Assembly (NCBI RefSeq): GCF_009914755.1
Contig: NC_060930.1
Length of the DNA: 64,000 nt
From: the human T2T-CHM13v2.0 reference genome, Homo sapiens
Direction: 5' to 3' (one strand)
Positions within the stretch are counted from its first letter, which is position 1, and the number at the start of each line of letters is the position of its first letter. Below the pieces are notes generated by a model. It was not told where the DNA came from, ran no database searches, and was given only the letters and a program-made list of their open reading frames with translations. Of this stretch, positions 53,785-64,000 are shown piece by piece. A program made the translations under genes and the position numbers.

Positions 53785-54740
53785 AGTCCCTCAGTAATAA
53801 ATGATATAGTGATACCCAATTCATTCTGAAAGCATAATGAAAAGAGTGACCCAGTCTTCCTGGGAGCATCCGAGAAGCCTTTACAGTGAAGCTAATATTT
53901 GAAGTTGCCTTAAATTCTGAGGCAAAAAGAAGATGAGAAGAAATTGCTACCAGAGATGACCACATTAAAAAAAATAATAAGCAGGTGGGTGGGTGGTGTG
54001 TTTGAAGATTAGTGACCTTTTAAAGAAGCTTGAACATAGGCGGGTGGAGGCAGACAGCCAGGAAAGAAAGGTGGAACCAAAATGTAATGGACTTTGAGTG
54101 TTGTTCTAAGATGTAATCTTATGGGCTCCAAGGGAGACAGGATGCTTTAAAGCCAATAGTTATAATATTAGACTTGTATTTTAGGAACATGATCCTTTTG
54201 ATAGTGGAAAATATGCATGGGGTGGGTCAGGAAACTGGAAACTTGCACACAAGCTAGGATGGTATTTTACCAATTGGAGGAAGTGGTGGGAAAGGCCTTG
54301 ATTTGGGCAGGGACGGTGGGGATACAGCAAAGGGCAGATAGAACAACCAGGGCAACATTTTGGACATGCAGTGCGTGCTCCGTAAATATCTGTTATATTT
54401 TTAAGTGAATAAATGGGACATTTAGGAAGTGGAATGGGTTAGGTTTGGTGACTGATTGGATATTATAAGGACAGGAAATAGTCAAGAACTACTAAAGTTT
54501 TTAGCTTCAGTGACTGATTGTATAGCAATGCTATCAGCCAAAGTGTGAAAAATAGGGGTGTGGCAGTTTATGAGTGAGGATGCCAAGTTTCATTTGGGGC
54601 ATGTCTTTAGGGCTTATAAAATTGGAATCAGGGTTTGGGGGGGTCACTGATGGCACATAGGTAATAGCTGGAATTATGCAAAGAGGTGGGATTGGTCAGA
54701 AAGACTTTCCAAAGCTAGGGGAGAGGGTCCAGTCCTTGAA
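53785..54740. mobile_element. L2 fragment
   Basis: 'tttggtgactgattggat', 'aagtttcatttggggcatgt'; purine-rich antisense-L2 pattern. Confidence 0.6.
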
Positions 54741-54748
54741 TGCACTGA

Positions 54749-55056
<308 letters not shown>

Positions 55057-55299
55057 TGCACTGATTTTTAAACAGTGGATAAAAGAGGAAGAAACAGTGT
55101 TTGCCATTAAATACTGTTGTGTGCTACTTCTTTGGAATTTTTCCTTTAGTTTCTTGCACACAGTTTAACCATTCATCTACTTGTATGTAGGGAGATGAAA
55201 CAGAATACCTTTTAAGGAAAACTATGGAAATCACATTGGGTGGAATGTACAGAATTCGGAGACTCTGACTCTTTGAGTCCTGAGCTTTGCGTGAGGGTG

Positions 55300-55515
55300 A
55301 ATGACCTGTTGCACAAAGGGACCTGAGTTAAAATCCAAGCTCACCTAATTTCTGTGACCTTGGCCACATTACTTTTCTCAGTTATACACTGAGGTTAATG
55401 ATATCTATTTTAAAGAGTTTTTAGGATTAAATGAGATAATTCTACATAATATATGTAAAGTGCCCACTGGTGTCTTGCATGTAGTTTGTGCTCAATAAAT
55501 ATAAGTTGTTATTAT
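55300..55515. mobile_element. MIR
   Basis: 'ctgtgaccttggccacattact', 'ggattaaatgagataat', 'gtgctcaataaat'. Confidence 0.75.
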
Positions 55516-57539
55516 TTTTGAAGACCTAGAAGAATGACACTCAAGAAAAGCCATCAATGCAATTTTTTTAAATAAAATAAAATTATGGTATTATTTTTGT
55601 TGTTTATATTGCAAAGTTGATCATGTGAATTTCACATTTCTCTCTTTTAATTCTCCCCTACCTAAGAAAAAACAAAATCAATTTTTTTTCTAGAGAGGGA
55701 TTTTGAAAAAGTTTCAAAATAGCATTTTCAAAATAGCATTTTATTATTTCTTTGGTTCAACACGTGTTTATCCTTATCTAAAATTACCCTGAAGATTATT
55801 TCCTAATATGGAATAAATGCTTCTAGGTTACAAGCATTTATTGGGTGCCTTACCATGCATCAGTTACTGTGCTCAATGCCAGAATACAAAGATGAGTCAG
55901 GAGACTTCTCTTGAGAAATTCATTCATTCATTTACTCAATTAATTATTTATGTAACTCCTTCTAAAGGGCAAGTGCTTATCTCAGTGGTAAAGGTAGAGC
56001 AGGGATAGAATAAATGCACAAAAAGACTCGGAGCTTTGGCAGACTGTATTAAAGTGAAGGGAGACATGAGAGAAAATAATAAACAGGTAAATCGAGAAGG
56101 TAAGTTTAGATGTTGCTTAGTGGAAAAAAAGTGAAAAGAAATAATAGGTAGAGATTGATTGGAAGAGAACAGCATGTGTGGCCAGATGGCCTCTGGGGAT
56201 TGGGGTAGGATTGGGGAGGAGGATGAGAGAAATGAGTCAAAATAATTATTATAAAACAAAAATATTGCATAATTGGGAGCAAAGGAAATTATAGACATCA
56301 CGCACACAAAAAAAAACAGCCCAAGGAGGAAAAAGCTATAAATGCTTAAAATATATTAATTTGGAATCACATTTTAATCATTTTAGAGGTTTTATATGCT
56401 CATGACTCCCACTTTAACCTCATTCTTGAACTAATGATAATACTTAAGGTAGGGGGAAAAAAAGATCTCTTTCTCTGTTCTCCCAAATACTCACTTTGGG
56501 TAAACATCCTGATTGCAAATTAACCTCAGTCATGTTGGATAGAATTTTTGTTATAAGTAAGATTTTTGTGTTGGTCATTCTCCCAACCAAGTAGATCTTC
56601 ATTATCTGTATCCTTGAAGTTCTAGCTACGGTCTTTAAATTATCCAACCAGCATGTAGAATCAAAGTGATACTGAAAGTCATAAGACTTTGAAACTAGAA
56701 AGGACCATTTTGTCTAATTCATCCTTAATTCGCAGCAGGTGGAATGGAGGCTCAGAAATAAATAACAGAGAGTGAAAAACAGTAATTGGCAGAGCAAGAA
56801 CAGAAACCCTGGTTTCATATCACCAGATTCATTGATTGAGATCTTTCCAGTCTTCCCATCTATTCAAGAAACTAGCACTTCCTAAATGCCAGGCACTGTA
56901 AAGCTCTGGGTTCCTGGATGAGTAATAAGTTTCTCTGCAAGAAAACACTCTCTCATTCCCTAGAACATTGTAGAGTACTAAAAGATGTCTCAATTAAGCA
57001 AATGATAATTCATAACCTCTCAAAGTACAATAGACATTATTGAAAATGTCTAATTGTCACTTGAGAGCAAATCTTCGACATGCTTATTCTTTACCCTTTT
57101 GCATCAAGAGTTTTAAAAATGATATTTCAATGGAGAAGGCTTTGGAATGATAGATTTGGAGCTTAATCTAGACTGAGACTTACCACCTTTTGACCTAGGA
57201 AAAGTTGTTGAGCTTCACTTTCTAGTGGCAAAATGTGACCAAAGTTACCAGCCCAATGCCAGGGACTCATAGAACTTGGTGTGTTGATGGAACTGTCCTT
57301 CAGTTGCACTGCTTGAGGTTAGGAGGCTGCAGGAGGTTGGGCTGAGAAGGCCCTTGGGCCCACAGTCTTCAAACCCCAGTACACCCAGCTCTTCTCTACT
57401 TCCCCAAAGCTCTCAGGGCCCTTTGCAAACAAGAACTCATGCAGGACAGTGAACTCTGCCCTACATCCAAGGGAGAAACCTGAACTTGGGAGTTGGAGGT
57501 TGCAATGAACACTACATCACCGGCCACTCCTACTCAGCC

Positions 57540-58740
57540 TCTGTGATTAGTTCTTCTCATCTCTGATCTCTGAATGCTGTCATGTTCCAGGGCTCAATCT
57601 CTGTAGTGCTTTTCTTTTCTGTCTACATTACCCTTTGTCATATCATCCAGCCTTCTGATTTTAAATGCCATCTATACATAATTCTGATGTATATATTAAC
57701 TCTAGAGTTGGAAGTCTCAACTCATATTTGACTACCTCCTCTTGGTTGTCTAATAGTCAATTCAAAATTAGTAAATCCAGATCGAGCTCCTGATTTCCCT
57801 CACCAAACTTCCTCCTGGGTGGTCTTTCCCAACTCACTAACATGGCAACTCCACTTGTTTTTTCAGTTGCTAAGGTCAAAAACTGTATTCTTGATTTCTT
57901 TTTCTTACATCCAACATTCAACCTATCAGGAATCTTGTTGGTTCTATCTTCAAAATATGTTGAAACCTATCTTTTAACCACTTTCACCACTAAGAGTCTG
58001 GTTCAGCCCCCATCATCTCCTGCCCAGATGACGCAAGAGCAGCGGTCTCAGTTTCAGTGCTCAGTCCCTCTGTTTCTGTATTTTCCCTCTTACTGTCTAC
58101 TTTCAAAAGCGGCCAGAGTGATCAGAGTGAAATGGAAATCAGATGTTCCTCTTCTGCCCAAAGTTCTCTACTGGTTTTCTATCTCACTCAGTGAAAGCCA
58201 GAGTTCTTAGAATGATCCCAAATGATTAACAGGGTCTGTCCCATAACAATTCTTTATTTTTCTCTGCTGTTATTCTCCTACCCAATCTCTCTACTTCAGC
58301 CACACTGGTCACTTAATTTTTTTTTTTTTAACATTCATGGAAACTTCTGTCTCAGGGCTTTTGCACTTGCTGCTGCTTTTGCCTGAAATGATTTTCCCTC
58401 AGAGGTTTGCCAAGCTCTTCTTCCCCACCTTCTGAGTGAGGAATTTCCTGACTATCCTATCTGAAATTGCAAAGCTCCCTCCAACCCCAGTACCCTCCAA
58501 TTCTCTTTGTAACTTTATTTTTCTCTCTATATTATCTGCCTATGTATCTATGTATCTATCTATCTACCTATCATCTATCTATTTTTCTATTTATCTGTTG
58601 TTTATATTTCCCCAATAAAATATGAGCAATGTTTTTTTCCTTTGTTTTCCGTTTTATCCATTTCTATATCCCTAGTGCCTAGAGCTAAGTCCTGATGGGT
58701 GGGAGGTGTTTTGTAAGTATTTGTGTGATAAATAAGTGGT
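57540..58740. mobile_element. L2 (long fragment including the 3' end)
   Basis: 'ttttaaatgccatctatac', 'cttcagccacactgg', 'ctcagggcttttgcacttgctg', 'ctatatccctagtgcctagagc'. Confidence 0.78.
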
Positions 58741-58787
58741 GTTATCCTTAATAGTTGTACAATATTTTTTTATAAAAAGGCATTTTG

Positions 58788-59090
58788 GGCCAGGCGTGGT
58801 GGCTCATGCCTGTAATCTCAGCACTTTGGGAGGCCGAGATGGGCGGATCACGAGGTCAGGAGATCGAGACCATCCTGGCTAACACAGTGAAACCCCGTCT
58901 TTACTAAAAATACAAAAAAAAATTGGGCGCACGCCTGTAGTCCCAGCTACTCAAGAGGCTGAGGCAGGAGAATGGCATGAACCTGGGAGGCAGAGTTTGC
59001 AGTGAGCCGCAATCGCGCCACTGCACTCCAGCCTGGGCAACAGAGTGAGACTCCGTCTCAAAATATAAAAATAAAAAAATAAAAATAAAA
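58788..59090 (+). mobile_element. AluY-like with a small deletion at the start of the right arm
   Basis: 'gagatcgagaccatcctggctaacac', 'gagaatggcatgaacc'; TSD-like aaaaaggcattttg / aaaaagacgttttg. Confidence 0.95.
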
Positions 59091-59277
59091 AGACGTTTTG
59101 CTTCATTTTTAGTTTATCTGTTTTTAAATAAATTCTAATTCTTTAGATAATAGTGGGCTTTAGGGTCAAGGATAAAGTGGGAGGATATATCAAAACCACC
59201 TGCAACACACCAAAAACAGAAAAAATCATAGACAGTGAATTTTGCAAATGTTAAAAATAAACCATTCTACTCAAAAA

Positions 59278-59297
59278 GGAGAGAGAGAGAGAAGAGG

Positions 59298-59331
<34 letters not shown>
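59278..59331. repeat. (GA)n microsatellite
   Basis: Direct read. Confidence 0.95.
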
Positions 59332-60383
59332 AATTCCCAGGGGCTAGAACAGAGAAAGTCCATCAGAGTTGGGGTTAAAGTGTCATGCCCAATGGCAAAG
59401 AGGACCAAATTAGGAAAAAAGGGACTGAGGTTTCAGTGCCTGTTCAGGAGGTGGAGTTAAGGGTGTGTTGGCCAAGGTGGAGGACCACAGTGGAGCCACC
59501 AGTGGAAGGCTGGAGGTGGGCAGGGGTGAGGTGTTGAGTTAGTTCCAATCGATGTAGAGGAAGAATAACCCATGAAGGGCTGGAGCCTGGCCCATATCAC
59601 TTGCATGGGGCCCCAAATTGCACAATTCAGGTGGAGCAGTAGCCTTCAGGTTCTAATTTCAGGGTGGGTTTAGAGCCCTGAAACCCAGAGAACCAGACTG
59701 TGCACATCAAACTCATGATGGTCTTGCCTCTAGGAAGGGTGGGGAAGGGAGGTGGCAAAGAGGACTTTACCTACAGTGTTTATTGAAAGGAACAATACAG
59801 ATGTGAAGAAATTGTTATCAATTTTCAATTATTGTGAAAATGTGGATTTTTTCTGCCATTCTAAGTACTTTTCTGTAATTATTTTAATATCACAATTATT
59901 TTCAAAAGAAAAAAATTAAAGAAATAGGGTAGTCTTTTAAAACTAAGAGTATCTAGTCTTTCTGTGATATTTCTAGTGACTTAGGTCCACTTCCCATATA
60001 CTTTAACTGGTAGTATCAGGAGTGATTTTAAAAAAGAGCAAATGTCTATTAATATATGTTTTTCCTATTTTGTTTGAATGATAATATATGACAATCTGTT
60101 AAAAAGTACTTTCTTGGGTTAAAAGTAAAAAAATGAAATCTGATTTTTTCCTTTTGTTACCTTGATCAATTGTGATAGCACTGACTTAGATAGAATGCAA
60201 ACCATAGGACAACTCATACAATTCCCATCCTATGGCATTTTATAGTGAAGGAGAATTAAAGTCAAAAGAGGCAGTCAAGTATCTTTGGATATTTATACGT
60301 AATTGTCAAGTAGACTTTATATTAAGTGCATAGTTGTATGTGTTAGTGTATTGCTTTATTATTTATTTATTTATTAAATTCCA

Positions 60384-60722
60384 TTTTTATTTTAGATTTA
60401 GGGGGTACACGTGCAGGTTTGTTACAAGGGTATTTTGCATAATGCTGAGGTTTGGGCTTCTATAGATCCTGTCACCCAGATAGTGAACATAGGATCCAAT
60501 AGAAAGTTTTTCAGCCCTTGCCCCACTCTCTCCCTCCCTCCTTTTGGAGTCCACAATGGTGTCTATGGTTCCCTTGCTTATGTCTCTGTGACCCCAAGGT
60601 TTAGCTCCCATTTATAAGTGAGAACATGCAATGTTTGGTTTTCTGTTTCTGCATTAGTTTGCTTAGGATAACAGCTTCCAGCTGCATCCATGCTGCTACA
60701 AAGGACACAATTTTGTTCTTTA
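60384..60722 (-). mobile_element. L1PB-like 3' end
   Basis: 'ttttagatttagggggtacacgtgcaggtttgttac...ataagtgagaacatg'. Confidence 0.9.
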
Positions 60723-60862
60723 AATTAAAATTTAAAACATTTTTTAAAAGAAATAATCCAAGATGTTTTCTTGCTTAGTGAAAACTGCTCAGGTGTACAT
60801 CTGGAATATTTATTTGCTGTAAGACTTCCTGGAAATTGCTACTGGATATAATAATGTACTAT

Positions 60863-61259
60863 TGATATGGTTTGGATGTCCCTTCCAAATCTCATGTTGA
60901 GATGTAATCCTCCTTGGTGGGTGGACAGGCAGGGGGCCTGGTGGGAGGTGTTTGGGTCTTGAGAGTGCATCCCTCATGCCTTGGTGCTGTCCTCACCATA
61001 GTGAGTGTGTTCTCATGAGATCTGGTTGTTTAAAAGTGTGTGGCTTCTCTCCCCACCACCTTGCTCCTGCTTTCACCATGTGAAGTGCTTGCTCCCACTT
61101 TCCCTTCCACCATGAATGAAAACTTCCTGAGGCCTCCCCAGAAGCAGATGCTGGCATCATCTTAGGAAGGATGCAGCCTGCAGAACCATGAGCCATTAAA
61201 CTTATTTTCTTATCCAGTCTCAAGCATTTCTCTACAACAATGCAGAACAGCCTAATACA
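60863..61259 (+). mobile_element. MSTB-like solo LTR
   Basis: 'tgatatggtttggatgtc...cctaataca'; perfect 5-bp TSD actat. Confidence 0.9.
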
Positions 61260-62731
61260 ACTATTAATCCATATTCATGTCTATACCAACAGCAATACTT
61301 TGCTGATAGCAAACGGGTATGTATGCTAACACTCCTGAAAAAAAAACACCTTCCATTTTCCTCAAGGCCAATTTGGAATAAGAGAGGCATTGTTATTCTG
61401 CATCATTGCATCATACATCATGCTTTCAGATATGGGATTTCGCTCTTGAAATTTCACCTTTTAAAAGAAAATTCTCTGCTTTTCAAAAATAAAGGTATTT
61501 TCTTTGGAGAAATAATCTCCACTCAAAATGTAATTTAAAAAAAAACATGCTTTTGAATCACACTCTTGCATCCCCTTTTCACTTTTTGTTTTGGCTCACT
61601 GCAGATTTGAAAGCTGCTAAACAGATCTTACTCAAATTTTCCAAAACAATTCTTTATTGGAAAAAGATTAGGAATCAGAAACGTAAAATTATGAGCCCAA
61701 GAATGCTCTTCTAAATTTTAAGAATTTGATGAATCTAGATATTTAAAATAAAACTCCTTCTCTTGTATACACTTACTTAATTTTTCCATTGTAATTACTC
61801 GGCATTTCATGTAGATGCACATATAGTCAAATTTTTATATGATCTGCTTGGTTCTTACATCCAATCTTGGCAACTGTGGCCTGGGATGAAAGCCAAATCT
61901 GTTCCTAACAGAGTGATTATCCATTCTTCCATTACTTATTCCATTTAGAGTATGTGGATATGTTAATGTCTGCAGAACATTTTAAGATGTTCAGAGTAAA
62001 AGAGCTTTATTAATTCCAGATTTGTGACCAAAGATGGGGATCTTTTAAATGGAAATGGCAATTGGGAAATCCAGGACATAAAAGTAGAAGGGGCATTTTA
62101 ACCAAGGAGGGATGAGAAAGGTTATGAGAAATAGAAATAGAGAGATGAAAATATAAAAAGAGATCTGGATCTAACACAATCCCAGGAGTAACATTCCAGG
62201 AGTTCTAACAACAACTGATAATGTCTTAACATTGATATTCTCATCAATCGTAACTGTGCTTGGAAGTCATACGAGACACTAATAATATAGTACTCGTGAT
62301 GGGCTTAGGTTATATGCCATTCTCTTGGAATTTCAAAGGGTTAGAATAGCTTTCATGAAGTGAGAGTGAAGCATGTATGCTTGTCTTCAGACCATCACAA
62401 CTGAGAAAAATAATTATATTAATAAAAGGGCTTAATTAGAAAGGAGCCATTTGAGAAGAATTAAGTCACTTTGATTAATATAATTACCTTTCTCACAGAA
62501 TTAATCAAGATTTAACTTTAACATATAACCCCAGATCACTTGCTAGAATTCTGTGTGTCTGAAAACCAAGTTTTGAAACTCACTTTTCATGTAGATTCAT
62601 TATCCTGGTGTTCCCAAACTTAGTTTATCAGCTGGAACAACTGTGGAGCTTTGGCCACCACCCCAGACCACTAACTCAGAATCCCTAAGATGGAGACTGG
62701 GAATTTAGGTTGCTTGCTTAACCCTCTACAT

Positions 62732-63092
62732 CAGAGGTCTTTAACCTTTTTGGCACCGGGGCCCGTTTGATGGAAGGCAATTTTTCCACAATGGGGCAGG
62801 GAGAGGGGGATGGTTTCAAGGTGAAACTTCCTGATTCTCAGATTCCTGAATCCTCAGATTATCAGGCATGATTTAGATTCTCATAAGAAGCATGCAACCT
62901 AGATCCCTCGCATGCACAGTTCACAATAGAGTTTGCACTCCTATGGGAGTCTAATGCCACTGCTGATATAACAGGAGGCAGAGCTCAGGCGGTAATGAAC
63001 GCTCACCTGCCGCTCACCTCCTACTGTATTGCCCAGTTCCTAACGGGCCACGGACTGGCACAGGTCCACAGCCCTGGGGTTGGGGACCTCTG
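62732..63092. mobile_element. MER1B (hAT-Charlie) inserted in a MER5-like element
   Basis: Termini 'cagaggtctttaacc' and 'ggttggggacctctg'; TSD ctctacat/ctctaggt; interior 'gcatgcaacctagatccctcgcatgc'. Confidence 0.88.
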
Positions 63093-63189
63093 CTCTAGGT
63101 GTTTGGGCCCTTGCATGATGGGGATGAGTTTCAAATATCAAAACATTCAGCACTTTGAGTAACTTGTTAATCTTTGGTATATAACATAA

Positions 63190-63410
63190 CAATAAAATCT
63201 ATCATTTATTGTTGTATACTATGTGCCAGAGGATAACGTGCATTTTCTCCATCCACACCTTAATGCTTCCAGGCATCATTATTCCCATTTGACAGATCAG
63301 AAGTTAAATAGCAGAGCAAGTCTCTGGTTTGCCTAAGGTTTTACAGTTAGTAAAAGGCAGAGCCAGGATTCCGGCACAATTCAGCCTAACTCTGGAGCTT
63401 GTGAGCTTCT
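63190..63410. mobile_element. MIR
   Basis: 'catttattgttgtatactatgtgccag', 'cccatttgacagat', 'ggcagagccaggattc'. Confidence 0.7.
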
Positions 63411-64000
63411 CAGAGTAGCATCCATAGGATGTTATGATCCTTCATACAATGGCCTGCCCATGTATATGAGGTTTGGTGTTGGCATATTTAATAAGAAGAG
63501 TTTTATATTTATTTCCACAAAGTCCCAATAATTTTCAGCTGGTAAGAATTCTGAGTTGTGAGATGGTAACAGAATTCTAAGCCTGGTTGTCTCACAATCC
63601 TTTAGCTGATAAATGCTTTGAGATTTGCATTTTAATTATAACAAGGACAAAAATATGGAAAATACAAAATATATTTTCTCTCTTCATATGGAAGGGAGAA
63701 GAAATGTCTTCTCCCTTAGGAGCTTTGTAGTAAATGAAATGTCCCATTCTTAAGCTTTTCTCTCTTTGCCTTCTTCTTACTCCCCTTCCCACGCTAGGTT
63801 TCAGTTCATTCCCAACAGTGCAGGTGGCTGTAGGAGGTACAACTTGGCTGAGGAGGAGAAAGCCCATTGGTAATGTTCTCATGTTCTTCTGTAGATAGAG
63901 TAAGCCTTTTCCACATCTAAAGGGCTTTGAAATTGGCAGGAGGATTGGAACCTCAATCCTCATTCCTAAGTAATACTTCTAGGTTTCCAGCAACTCATTT

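Noticed and set aside
63592-63963. 123-aa minus-strand ORF or possible exon near the window end
   Set aside because: No recognisable homology or convincing splice pair, and the alternative frame I checked hits a stop quickly. It cannot be fully excluded without a database search.

Overview
This is primate (human-like) genomic DNA: AT-rich, CpG-poor, non-coding and dense in interspersed repeats. I recognise L1 (L1M, L1MA, L1PA/PB), L2, Alu, MIR, MaLR LTRs (THE1/MST/MLT1), ERV1-type LTRs and DNA transposons (MER44, MER8, MER58, MER63, MER1B, MER5). I found no intact protein-coding gene, RNA gene, CRISPR array or prokaryotic-type system. The ORFs in the track are decayed L1 ORF1/ORF2 pieces, chance frames in Alu/THE1, or low-complexity artefacts. 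I cannot support a new biological system here. The best observations are structural. (1) An old inversion between two oppositely oriented THE1 elements at 1.8-5.8 kb flipped the middle of a host L1 and swapped the elements' LTRs and target-site duplications (TSDs). (2) Two or three L1 insertions appear to carry 3' transductions. (3) Three (TA)n-associated fold-back inverted duplications. (4) A ~180-bp direct repeat of apparently unique sequence, 1020 bp apart. Subfamily names come from my memory of consensus sequences and need RepeatMasker/Dfam confirmation. Boundaries of old elements are approximate.
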